Shown here: in pieces, positions 26,051-39,446 of the stretch
Layout: each line of letters begins with the position of its first letter
How positions within the stretch are numbered: the stretch's first letter is position 1
Source of the DNA: Perna viridis
Lineage: Eukaryota
Length of the DNA: 64,000 bases
Reading direction: 5' to 3'
NCBI GenBank assembly: GCA_037379345.1
Contig: CM074512.1
Location: 16,988,001 to 17,052,000, forward strand
Position numbers and translations under genes: made by a program
The notes under the pieces: generated by a model
What the model was told of the DNA's origin: nothing
The model's input: only the letters and a program-made list of their open reading frames with translations
Databases searched by the model: none

Positions 26051-29000
26051 CTGAAAGAATAAACTAAAACTTAATAAACAGAAAAAAAAGAACATTTTTA
26101 ATAAAATTTTTAAAATTTTTTTTTATTTTACTTAAACTACATGTAAATAATACAACAAAAATATTCAGAATGTAAGTCAATATTGGCCTTTTACAATTTC
26201 ATGGGATATCTACCTTTAAGAGTAAACTAAAAAAATGCACCATCTAAATACAATTCCTTTCCATTCTTTTCTTCCAATTACACCTGTACCCTAGTTACAA
26301 CATATATTTTCGGTAATTAATGGCATTTGGGTCAAAAGTGTTTATTATTCCAATCATAAAATATTTCTTCATTGAAAATATGACTAGATGAACTGACCTA
26401 GATATCTGACTTAATCTCTAACAGACTTATTTAAAAATGTTAATTCAATATTATAATATAATGATAATTTTACAAAAATAGTTTCCATGTATGGATTTAA
26501 CAAAACTGTGACTAATAAAAATCCAAACATAAACACCAAAACAATGACCTGTAAATGAGAAAATGTTACAACTTTGATGGACCAATGTGTAAGTTTCTTA
26601 AAGTCAAGTTTGATGAAAGGAATAATAAATTATCTACAAGTGTCCCAAAGGAAAAATTATTTGTACTGTCTCTATTTACATGCACAAAAACACTTCATTC
26701 TAACTTTAAAATTAGATTACAGATAATTTCAAACTCAGTTGTTCTCACAAGAGACCTGGCAAGCCAGATACTCCAGAGCTGCAAGCTGTAGGAAAATATT
26801 CTATTTAATTACCGTTCTTCATTTAACTCCACAGTTTTTATTTACTTGACATTATCTGTCAATTTTTTTACCAATAATTCTGGCAGAATATCCACAGAGC
26901 CAGAAACAATGCTACTTTTCTTCCAGATAAGAAATTCTAAGAAGTCATATTTAAATAATAGATCACTATCAAATGAATCTCAAACTTTCTTCCATATAAA
27001 AACTTCACAATCAGTAAAATTTGACTTTCAAATTTAGTTAATGCACCATGATAGTAAGTTCTCTGGTTTATATCAGATGTAATATTGACATGTCTATATT
27101 CCCAGGTCTTCATTCCAACATGTTAAACTGATCATAGTGTATATAGAACCAATATTTCTCCTGTCCATGATAAATCACTCCAATGTAATGTTATTAATAC
27201 AACTGTCATAACTAGGATTATCCAGTGTTTTACTTAATTTTCTCATCCTCTCTAATTTCACTGAAGATTAAAGGTCATGTTTCCATCCCAAGACATTTGT
27301 AGTGCAGTAAATAGGTCAGTTCCAAGCCTACTGGTCCACATTAAACATCTGTCCAGAATAATTCATGTAATTCTCAAGTAAATTTTATGTTGACCACCAG
27401 ATGGGGCCTTAAATCATCCATATACTACATATATTGTTATATATAGCACATAAACAATTTTTAATGCCCATAAATTCCATGTTCCCTCCTTTTGATCTTT
27501 CAAACCTTACAAATAGCCTTAACACTATAAAATCACAAATAAATCAAACATTCCTGTAAGTCCTATGTAAGCTTCAAGTACTTAGTTCAATTTTCATATG
27601 GCCAAATTTAAGCTCTGAACAACCAATACAAATTAAAATTATGGCTTTCTACAGAAAACACACGAACACATGGTAAAAGTACCTTCTAAATAAAATACCC
27701 AATAAATTGAAGAAATCTTATACCATCATCTCCCCCTAACCACCTGTGTAAAGCACTACAAACACTTATTATCTAACTCTCAGTAATCAACATGTAACAT
27801 GTACATAATTAACCCCTATCTACTTACTTAGATAACATGCCCATATCACTCACATGAAAGAAATTCAAAACTGATAATCTCAAACAAATTTTATTACTGG
27901 AAAAAACTTTATGAATATAGGCAGATCAGACAACCAACTCTAGACAATGGATAACCATAAAAATTATCTATCCCAAGTATTTGGGAAAATGCAGAAAGGA
28001 TTCAATAAGCATTCACAGGCAATGAAATTCCAGATTCCTACCCAAAAACCTCAATATGAATAATTATATGGTTGACCATGAGGACTGATCCCGCTCCATA
28101 GTATAATTACAGGTTTGTCTATTCCCAAGAGGATAACAGTACTAATTATCTTAACTAATCACCACCACAATTACATCTTGTGAGGTCACACCAACATGAT
28201 AACTATCTACAATGCAATTTGGGGGGCAAATGCTAACACTATATTTTTGTATAACATGGTTATCCTTAGTTCACCCATAAAAACTTTTCAATACTTAGAT
28301 TAAATACTCCATATGTTTTGTTCAAACTGTTCATAAATGTTAAATATGCACCTTTTTAAAAAGATGATTTTAATACTTTGACTGAGTAAGTCTATGGCAA
28401 ATTTCTTGACTTTACTGAAAGTATTTAATTTCCACTTTTTTTTAACAGTTCCATGCCCCTTTTCATTTACATCTATTTTTAAAACATCTTCAAAAATTCA
28501 AAAAAAAAATAAAAATGCAAATATTACCTGAGATGTACAAGCTTCAATCCAAAAGTCGAAAATCCTTCGAAAAACACTTAAGGTAAGAAGATCGCACTTC
28601 GATAAGGTCTCTTACATACAAAAAACCAAATCACTTGAAAATTGTCAATTAAATTCAGCTGTATTCAATTACATGATTTAGCTCTACCTGATAACCCACA
28701 GAATATTGCTACATTTTTCTGTATAACTATACCATTTATTCCTTTTACGACTTCCTCCGAATATAGACAGGATCGTTTAAACTATGTCCCATAAAATTTT
28801 ATCAATGAAAACTTTTCTACCCATGAATCAGTTAGTGAACAAATATAATCACATGAGCACCATAGAATGTACTAATAATCAAACAGGCCAACATGGAAAC
28901 CTGATAGAAGACTGAGTATAAGGTATTCCTAGCATTCCTTATAAAGTTTATGTCCAAATAATAAATGATTCATTTCTATGTTCAATTAATTCACAATAAA

Positions 29001-30455
29001 GTTTTTACTATAGTCCAATGCAACACATGTGTACAAATCATAAAGAGAGTGAAGGATGTCAGATCATCTTCTAACATGATCAATTAATACATTAATTTTT
29101 CATGGCAAATTAGGCTTAGCCTTGAGATAATTAGTTAGCTGTCCTCACACATGCTTTAAGAAAACGATCCATCTCACCAAGCACCTGGTAATATGTCCCA
29201 ATGTTTGACAGAAGCTGTCCCAAGGCTTATGCTAATTTATCACTACTATGTTTACTCCTCCAACTAGATTAATTTGTCCAAACAAGCCCCCACTTTTTAC
29301 CTGTTATAAGAGATTTATCTGTTAAACTTCCGACTCATCAGAACCGATTATCCTCAGGCATCCACTTCATTTAAAGAATTGAATTTATCTCAAAGTATCA
29401 GAAAACCAATTGTATCTTTTGATACTGATATTTCTATCACGTTTTTACAACCTCTGATATGTAGCTTAGAACAGTATGCTTGGTAAAGCAAATCACTGTG
29501 GACTTCACTGATACTTTTCAATGCGGAAAATTGATTTCCACAAATCTAGTATAAAATTCATGACCAAAATAAAAGGAGCAAGAAAGAGAGCCTTGAATCG
29601 ATCAAGCTGTATCTAAACATAAAAATAAGGCTTTCTATCAACACTGTTTAATTTTAATGATTTTTAATTCTAGCTGAAATAATTTGATTTGTGTTACACC
29701 AAACTATCAAAAATACATGAATTTAGCAAGATAACAATGTTATTCATTCATAAAATTCAATTGTATTGTTTACAACTTTGAAGCAGAGACCAATTTGAAG
29801 ACAGCCTACAGGTTTAATTTCTATTTGAGTGTATCTTCCATTTTAAGAATAACCAAAAGCAACATGGTTTTCTGTACAAATCATTCTATGAAGTAAAGTG
29901 TGTAGTTTCGCCAACTTATGACAAAATATTTCAATGTGCAGATATGGAATCCAATATCTTTCAAGCTTTTTAAAGTAATATGTGTTTTGATTAATCAAGT
30001 AATTAGAAAAAAAAATATTGAAAAAAAAATTGATGAAATAAGACCACCAAGTTATTACAAGTGCCATTGTCTGACCATTGTCCATCTGACCAATGTCAAG
30101 TGTTTTAAATAATTACTTTAGGCCCTAGTTATGTTGACTAGGCATTGTTGTTGCCTAAATAAGCATGAGTTGACACCTGGTTCAAGCCTACTCCAAACTG
30201 ATTATAAATACTGATTAACGCTGTCAATTTCCTCCTTAAAAACACCAATTATGGTAACATGTGCAATGGTCCTGCAACATTTATTCACTGCTGAAGGAAT
30301 AATGAAAGGTTTTTGACATGAGAGGAAGCATGCAAGTGGCATTATTCAGGAGCAATTATAGTTTATAAGATTTGCTGTTAATGGTGTGACACATACAATA
30401 CAGTAAGACTGATTCCACTTCTAGATAAAATATATGATTTTATAATTCAGTTCAA

Positions 30456-30647
30456 GGGATCATAGAAATGTCCTAAAGACAATTATAATACAGTACCAGG
30501 AATCATAGAGAAACTGTCATAGAGACAATTATAATGCAGTACCAGGGATCATAGAAAAACTGTCTTAGAGACAATTACAATACAGTACCAGGGATCATAG
30601 AAAAACTGTCATAGAGACAATTATAATACAGTACCAGGGATCATAGA
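30456..30647. repeat. Minisatellite, 46-bp unit x~4
   Basis: Unit gggatcatagaaaaactgtcatagagacaattataatacagtacca. Confidence 0.93.
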
Positions 30648-31364
30648 CACAACTCTATTAAGTGTTTTCCTGTTGACATATTAACATTTTCATAATATTT
30701 TACAAATGTACTGGTATAAGCTAAATAGATTTTTTTCAACAGATGAATTTAACAAAACTACTATGTATGAATCTTGAGGCAAATGATGGTGAGATTATAT
30801 AATCTATCTAAACCAGTCTAATTATACCATAATTTATGAATTTTCCTTGTGGTAATGGTCTCTTAATTTTCAATATTGTTTATAATAACTACCTCTGGCA
30901 TTCAGATTTATTCTTTGATCTTAAACAGTATCTATCGATTCGATTCCTGTAAAGTTTTTGAAAGATTTAAAAATAGCTTTTTGGCAAAAAAAATAAAATA
31001 ATGTTAGATAATGAATAATTTTGAATGAAATTACAAATACTTGAAAGCACACCCATCCAATTAAGTACATCAAAGCTGTATAGATTTACATAAAAAAGTA
31101 AGTACTTGACATAGACTACTATTAAGTTGTTAAATCTGAGTCCTTTTAGATAACCAAGTAAAATAACTGTAACAGACAAAAAGAAAATTCAAACCAGCTG
31201 GGACAAAATAAAGAGGATTACTGCAGGAAACAGAGAATGGTAACTTTATGTTGGTGGCAAGTGGATAAAAATTTGTGTTTATACTTGCAACTCCAGTGAA
31301 ATCAAATATATAGTTAAGCATAGATGTGTTAAACCACTTCCTTTACAAAAAAATAAAATGATTT

Positions 31365-32210
31365 GTGGGGCACAGCTTGATACAGCTTGAAATATGCAAG
31401 TATGGACTCACCATTCAAACTTGATACAGCTTTGATTTTTGATTGTGATTAGACATTCGATACAAGATAAAAATTTTACCTTTTTTTTGCCCCTAATTCA
31501 TGAATAGTTCCAGTGACAACCTCCAAATTAAATCCTAACCTTTCTTTGTGGGTATGGTACTTAGTGGTAGAATTTCAAAGAGATGCATTCCATTTTACTC
31601 AAGTTACCATCCAAGAAAAGAAAAAAAATCTTGTTTCTAGCTGCTTTGTGGCCCCTAACTCTTCATTGGTTCCAGATACAACCCAAAAATATCAATCCAT
31701 GTCTTCTTTTGAGGTATAGCACCTTGTAGTACTATAGAAAAGAAATTCATTCACTTTTACTCAAACTTTTATCTGGACATCATAAAATGCTTAGAATGCT
31801 TGTTTCTGGCCCCTCATAGTTGGTTCATGCAATAGCCACCAAAATCAATCAAAGCAGTTCTTCATTGGTATAGCACCATATGGTGCAAATTTAAAAAGAT
31901 CTAACTACTTATAGTCAAGTTTTTGTCTAGACATCAGAAAATGCTTGATTTTGGCCCTAATTTGGGCCCAAATTCCTAATTGGCTCAATTCTTAACCCCT
32001 AAAATCAATCCCAGCCTGACTTTATCGAAAAGAATATTGTGGAGCAAAGTCATAGACAAAAATATGCTTTTCTGTAGTTATGTAGTTAAATTTGATGAAA
32101 TGCATAATTTTGGTCCTTAATTTTGAAATAGTAAGGACCATAACCCCCAAAGTCCATACCTGGTACTACCAATCTTCCTTTTGTGGTTTGAAACCTTATT
32201 ATATACTGAT
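31365..32210. mobile_element. Degenerate Helitron/Helentron-derived non-autonomous element (HINE-like) with internal ~150-165 bp tandem units
   Basis: About five diverged units anchored by ggcccctaa-like motifs near 31488, 31650, 31808, 31964 and 32112, each followed by ..ccaaaatcaatcc..ccttt..gtgg.. This architecture is typical of bivalve HINE/pearl-like elements. Confidence 0.55.
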
Positions 32211-32340
32211 AATTCTACAAGTGCCAAAGCTCCTTAGACCACAGCCATGGTAAAAAAATGATTAACACATGACCAACATTTCATGCAACACATAGGCTGC
32301 GTCTACTAAAAATGTGCAGAAACTAGTCCTACTAGAATCA

Positions 32341-32497
32341 AAATAAATCATTGAAACTCCATTCTATCATTGTTTTACCACAGGCTGGTCATTTAAATCA
32401 TATTTAACCCCTTGCTATCACTCGGGGTAAAACAATGTCACATAAATGGCCAGCCCATAGTAAAACAATGATAAAATGGAGTTTCCCTGATTCATTT
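32341..32497. mobile_element. Palindromic MITE-like element (~157 bp)
   Basis: Left arm aaataaatcattgaaactccattctatcattgttttaccacaggctggtcattta matches the reverse complement of the right arm (aaatgaatcagggaaactccattttatcattgttttactatgggctggccattta). Confidence 0.7.
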
Positions 32498-33989
32498 CTA
32501 AAAAAATTCTTAAATATTTATGCAATCCCACAGAAAGCAAGTGTCTACAGATAACAACATAGACAGTACTCTACCATTATAGGACTGCAAATTTTCTTTG
32601 GTTGTAGAAATACTATCATGCAGTAACTTGTAAGGCATGTTTTCTTAAAATTTACCAAAAAATTAAGATTAACAAAGTTTCTCAGTGTATAATTGGACAA
32701 AATGTTTCAGTTACATTTTTCAGAGTTCTTTGTGTCATTGTTTGAATACCAAAAAATACAAGAAAACATTTTTCCTACACGTATATACTGATCACAAATC
32801 CATATCATCTTATTTTTCAGAAATAAAAAAATAAAATATTTCAGAATCTATTAACAATACTTAACTTCATAAAAAAATTATTACTCTTGTATTTTTTAAG
32901 TACAGAAAATCAAGTTTTAACAAACAAAGCAATCAACAAATAAATTAACACACTGTAGACTCATAAACTAATGTTGGTTTGGCATAAAAAGAGAGGTCCA
33001 TGAAGATGCATGGATATAGTGAAAATAACCTTTGATATTAAGAAATTCTGAGAAGTAAATAGTTTCTCTTTTCCTCAAGGCCTCAATTCTTCTAGGTCAC
33101 ATGGACTGATAAAACATCTTCAACAAGCAAAAAAGATTAATTTTCCCAACATTTCAGACACAATTACTTTATGGGCAGAGTTTCTCTTAATGGATTTCAG
33201 AACTCTACCAATTTGCATCCATCAAATAAAACTGCTTAACTTTAACACTATAAAAAGCCATTTTAGGGAACAAATTCAATAACAGTTTTATCGACAATCT
33301 GTATATTTTACTGTAAATAGTATGTATATGAGTTACTTCCAGACATTGCTTGCCTGATTTCATTCATTTGTACTTGTAATGTGAATCTCCATTTCATGTA
33401 GCCAAATATGTAAATGGACTGAAAATTGATGAAACACATCTGGCCAAACTGACCACCATATTAAATAAGGACATGAAAATGACACCAATTGTCTGATACA
33501 GTCAGGCCAATTTTGGATAGTGTGTCAAACCTTGACATCTTACTTAAGACCATGATCAAATAGGCTTCCGACACACACTGAGTGTGATTACAAAACTTTC
33601 AACTTTAAAACTGATCAGTTGTTGTTATGGAAACAAAAATACAGAAATATAGAAAATTTAAAAGAACAATTACTCTTTTAACAAAGTTCTTGAAGAAATT
33701 GTTGACACTGAATGAAACTTCTGTAGACACTACGTCATTTGTAAAGGAAAGCAACCTTGTGCATTTTTCATTTTTAAGCACTTAAAGTATGGCAAAAAGA
33801 AAGCTTTCTATTCTATAGACCCAGATGATTATGACTAAGACAACAATGTCAAATCATCATACAACAGAAAATATTGCTTTATGTGTAACTATTCCTAGGT
33901 GAACTTTATGACAATGTTAAGTTTGAGGAAACACAAAAGATATGTATTGAAACTATTAGTTTGATATTACTAGACACAATATAACTTAC

Positions 33990-34071
33990 CTGAAGTGATT
34001 TCCAGGTAGAACCAGGCAACTGTCCATTCACTATAGTACCAGGTAGTGGTGAACTTTTACTTCTAGTGTAC
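33990..34071 (-). CDS. KIF26: KIF26-like kinesin, small coding exon C (not in ORF track)
   Basis: Acceptor atttag|G and consensus donor CAG|gtaagt; 82 nt, phase 2/0. It exactly bridges the phase-2 end of exon B and the phase-0 start of exon D. Open frame (R)YTRSKSSPLPGTIVNGQLPGSTWKSLQ. Confidence 0.75.
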
Positions 34072-37000
34072 CTAAATCATAAATAAAACACCTAGATATG
34101 GGTCTGAGAAAAAACAGACTTCTACATCATCATCAATAACATGACAATGACAAGACATTTTACAAAACAAAGAGTGTATACAGCTTGTATTTTCTCTTAT
34201 TTTTATACTCATCTTTGAAAGGAAAACTTAAAATTATGTAACTAAAGGAACTTTTTTTCCCTGCATTTGAGTAGTAAATATTAGTTTTGACATTGGTCCC
34301 TCATTTCAAATACCTTCTTAACTTTCTACTTGTCTACAGATCAATTTAAAAACAAAAGGTAAAAGAGAATATAAACATTTATAATTCTAGCAAAACAAAG
34401 GCAAAAGACAGGAACACAATACACAAGGAAATAACCAATAACTATTTTGCATTAAAAAACGTTAAGGTAACCTTGATAGAAAAATTAATAAAATGGAAAA
34501 TATTGAATATTTGAAACAAATACATTATCAATGTCACTAACAAAAACATTAGGATCTCTAGGTCAGGTAAAATGGAAGGTAGCTTGCTATCAATAACCCT
34601 CAATTTTGACAGCTTTTATGAAAATAAAATACTAAAATCTATTAATTTGTGAAAAATAACAGCTGTCTTTGAATGTGACTAATTAATTAAATAATGCAAA
34701 CCAATTTATTTCCATGACTATATACTCAACTTTACAGGTAATAATTACAATATCATTTCAATCTATCATGGTATGTTAATAGCTCTTTTGATTCATTCTT
34801 CCTCATTCATACTTTTAACAGTTTCATTTAGAACTTTTGTGCATAAATTGAAGACCAAACAAACTAAATAGAGATCAAAGGACTATTCCAAGGCCTCCTC
34901 TGTTATATAAAAACCATATCTGCATTAATAAAAAAAAAATTACACCTGGCAGAGAAGAAACTATTTAAACTCCAAATTTAATTGTTGGTCTAGGGAATTT
35001 CAAATGCATTTAAAATATGTAAAGAGAAAGAAATGAAATACATGGTTGCAATTCAAACAGAATTACTAAAATATCACCTCATAAACTCAAGATCATGACC
35101 AATGAAAAATAAATCACTGTTTATTGTTCATGAATGTGGCAAAATATGACTGTTAACAAATTCTCATCCCAAATAATGTACACCTGGAAAAATACTAGAA
35201 AATTTGGAATTAGAGTTACTTCCCTTACATTATTTGCCATAAAAATTTCTATAAGATGTAACTTCCCTTGCGAAATGAATCCTGTATTGAGAAGAAAGTC
35301 TATAAGCTATGTCACTATTATAAGGATGGAAAAAAAAGAAAGTTTATGATGAAACACAAAAAATGTGCTAAACAGTAAAAACTTTCACCAGTGTTAATAT
35401 GTGATTTCTATTTTATATTTAAAATTGTTTTAAATATAAAACAGATATCACATATAGGTGTGACATACTTTTGGTCAATGTCAAGTGTTCCTCAGGAAGA
35501 ATTTTATGTGCTTTATTTTAAATAATGACTTGCACTAAGACATAAAATTTTGTTTAATGACAATTTACCTATAATTAAAACAAATATTAGTATTTTGAAA
35601 TTCAAATGAGTTCAAATATGTGATACAGATCATTCAGAAAATTTCTATGTTGACATTATACCTCATAAATATAAAAATTATTACTCATCATTTAAAATTC
35701 AAAATACTGTCATACCACACAAATAATATAACTGTTTTGAAGTTTCTTTAATACCTAAACTTCATTCAACTCTAAACCTAATTTGTGTTATAACATTTCC
35801 ATGTAAACCCACACCCTTTGAAAGGATGGAACTACATAAAAAAAAGGTTAAGAGTATGGATTTACTATAAATACCTATTTGATTTGAACATTCTGTATAA
35901 TAAAATAATCTGTAAGGTGAAACTTGATACCACAACAGAGTCCTGGAATGGGCATGACAGGTACAGACATTCTATCAAAGTTTGATGCAACTCTGAATAT
36001 TAATTGGGCATATAAAAATATAAATCTACACCAGAAGTTTTTCACACAGTAAATAAGTCTGATACTGAGTGTATAAGATTACAGAACTTAACAACTAGAA
36101 ATTCTACATTGACCTTCATGGTCCAAAATCAAGAATAGATTCAGCATATCAAAGAAGTTCTCATAAACTCAATTTTTGTTGAAATCATAACGAAGCTTAA
36201 TCTAGGATCATAGTGTCTACAATTTAGATTCAGTATATCAAAGGACCCCAAGAAGTCAAGATTTTACAGCTAACTTGAATTGCTTAAGAAATACATTTTT
36301 ATACATAGTTTAATTAAATGCTTGTTTGTAGCTCAATTCTGGTGCATAATTTCAAAATTATAGCACAAAAATAAAGTGTTTACAGACAACAGCATAGAAC
36401 TTCAAGCATTCAGCTCAAGAAAATGGTTCAAATGCATTTTAAATGTTAATATCTATTTATGAGAAATCTAAACAACTCTCAAATCAACTTTGAACTTCAC
36501 ATTTAATAATTGAAAAAAAAAAAATTATACGCCATATTTACGCCTATAATGAAAAAAATGTTTCAATTTTCCTGTACCAAGTCAATTTTACTTATACCGG
36601 TAAGTAATGCAGAAATTGTACTTAAATTAACCAAAAAATCTGGAGAAACAAACAAAAAGTTCTAATCTACACAAGATAACTAATAATGTACCTTCCCTGA
36701 GGAATATCTTAAAATTGTATAACTTTGCTTCAATAGAGATGAAACCACAGAGAAAATTAAATACAAATCAGTACCTGATTTTGACTGGATTTTCTAAGTA
36801 ATACCATGGGTCTTCCTGTACATGCTGTATCATTAACATTCAATTAATCTACCTTCAGAATATTTCTACATTTCAATTAAATAAAGGTGATATATGCAAC
36901 ACATACCCGGACAGCTAAGAACATTAAAATCTTCAGGATATATAATCCAACACCAAAAAAGTGATCTTGCTCAAAATCTTTCCAAATAAATACAATGAAA

Positions 37001-38167
37001 ACCCAATACAATTAAAAGAGATGTTTCTTCAACCTTATAAAAATACTGGTGACAAGATAGACGTATCTGATATTCACAAGCACTTCATACAAAATACGCA
37101 ACAGTTTCTACAATGACCCTTGAATTCCTGTCTTCGTTTTTCATTGTCATAATTTTGTTTGATGTCCGTTTAAAATTTCATAAGGAAATGAACACCCTTG
37201 GAGTAAAATATCCCGTTATTATAGATCTTGGCACCCTAACTAAAAAGGTAATTGTCTGAGATATTTAACAGTATTGTTATTAAGTCCAATTACCTAACTG
37301 TTACCTTTAATTTTTTTTTCATTTCATGATAGTTATATTTAAAAATATACTATGTATTATATACCTGGTGTATAGGATATATCCTATGAATAACTGAACC
37401 ATTTTAATACTTATTGCTTTGATCTCTAAGAAAAGCAAAGACACCTTATATAAATAAACATGATATTTAGACACCTTTGCAATAGGTAAAGAGATATTTT
37501 GCAGATAAAAAAAATAAACATTTTATAAGCAAATTTAAAGTTTAAAAAGATTAAAATTTACAATTAGAACACACAAAAAAATGGCTTGTGCTTACAAAGG
37601 GAATTCTCATGAGCAGTCAGGCAATCTGTAGATCAATTCAATTTAGTTTAATGATGATATATAAACATTGAAGCTGTATGATCTACTGAGCTTCCATCTC
37701 CAAGTAGCCATATATATAGTGCAGAAAACTTAAAAACACATTATCAGAGAGTGCATCAACTATAGAACTATTGGAGCGCACCATTGAGATAACCAGGTAA
37801 TCAGTTAAACAGCTGTGTTCACACCTGTCTGTGGTGTCTTAGTCATATACACACTATTTTGGAACCACTTTTCCAAGATTTCATTTATTCTAAATCACAC
37901 GTTAGAACCATGTAAAAACTTTGTCAAGATCAACAGGCTCATATTCATAAAAACCAAGTGTTTACAGGCAATGAAGATAACATTGATGATGACAGCACTG
38001 TAGCATTATAAGATCACAAATATTTGCAATTGTATAAAATCATGCTACAACTGAAAAGGATGAAATACCCAACAGCTGGTATCAATTTTTACAAGTACAA
38101 AACTATTAAAATCAAACCATTCCAATAATTTCTAACTAAAAAGTGTATAAAAATGTTATATACAAAC

Positions 38168-38361
38168 CTAGCGTATGTATTGGGAGGTTTGATTCCTGAC
38201 TTGGGTCCTTCATTCTGGGCCTGTTGTATAAATTGGACCATAGACAGAGCCTCCTGTTTAAGGTAATGAGTACTGGCATCACATGTTGGACAGTGACCAT
38301 TAGTCAGGGCCTTGTTATCTGCTATCTGTAATCTCTCACTGATCTTCTCAATGTCAAGATT
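38168..38361 (-). CDS. KIF26: KIF26-like kinesin, coding exon B (second CxxC-LKQEA motif)
   Basis: Acceptor ttatcacag|AAT and donor AG|gtttgt; 194 nt, phase 0/2. Translates NLDIEKISERLQIAD...HCPTCDASTHYLKQEALSMV...NTYA, resembling KIF26 C..C.T.L..LKQEA..MV. Confidence 0.85.
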
Positions 38362-39281
38362 CTGTGATAAAATACACATCATTTTTAAAACAATCATTTC
38401 AGTCAAACTTATTGAGTATAAGTGATAATAGACAAACCTATCACACTCAGGATCTGGAATAAGACATAAAGCAGCAAGAACAACAACAATCAACCCAAAC
38501 AATTAATCTAAAAACATCAGTGGAAACCAGAAATACTGCGAGCACTCTCAAAATAGAGCTGTGCTTATAAGAGATGTGGACAGCAAATGAACAGATGAAG
38601 ACCGACACATTGATTTCTATATCCTCCAAAAAAATCTGCAGTGGTAAAAAAAAAAATCCAAGTGCAACATCAAATCACTTCATTTCCACAATAACTTTAT
38701 GATGTCTGAGATCTTATAAGGCAATGAAGAAACAATTTTTGACTTGGATGTTCAAATAATTCACTTTTGTTGTTTTTTTTTTATTTGGTTTTGTTTTCGC
38801 ATTAAAATATAACAAACAGTCATCAAGATAGTTGTGATGCTGTAACAGTCGTGATTAGACATGGTCAGAATTCTATAAACACTGTCATATACTGGAGCAT
38901 GTCCTTTCAACATTAAATACTGACCAATATTTCAAAAATGTTAAAGACTTTCACATAGTATGTAATATATCAAGTGTGAACTGCTTATTCTAACTACTCC
39001 ACCTTATTTGCATTTGTAATGAGCTTATAACTGATCATAATAACAAACTAACGATTAAACTAGGAAAATTATCCCCTGACCATGGTTAAAAATATAATTG
39101 TATTGAGTAAAGTCATTAGTATTCAATAAAAAAGGTAACAGTAAAGTAGATCTTAACCTTCCCAAGGTGTTGGCACTTTACACTAAATTATTCTTCAAGT
39201 CTTCAACTTATTCAACATGGTCATAGCAATAGGACTCTATTCGGTCAAATTTCATTGAGTGACTGAGTGAGTGAGTGAGTA

Positions 39282-39446
39282 AGTAATCAAGGGAACCAAG
39301 GTTATAACGGTAATCAAAAGAATGTAATCCAGAGACAAAGACCAGACATGGAAAACAGATATAAACAACAAAGAACATAAAGTAACTAAAATCATACATA
39401 CAAAGTAACAAAAGCAAATGAGCAACTCGGACTCCACTAAAAACTG
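39282..39446 (-). mobile_element. Second, shorter copy of the same retroelement 3' end
   Basis: Reverse complement is nearly identical to ~6091-6255 (shared spurious peptide GVRVAHLLLLLCMYDFSYFMFFVVY in the ORF track). It abuts a (GAGT)n microsatellite at ~39256-39280. Confidence 0.85.

Noticed and set aside
36100-36270. Possible additional HINE-like fragments (also ~24825-25000 and ~63760-63960)
   Set aside because: Only short recalled motifs; boundaries and family cannot be supported without a repeat-library search.
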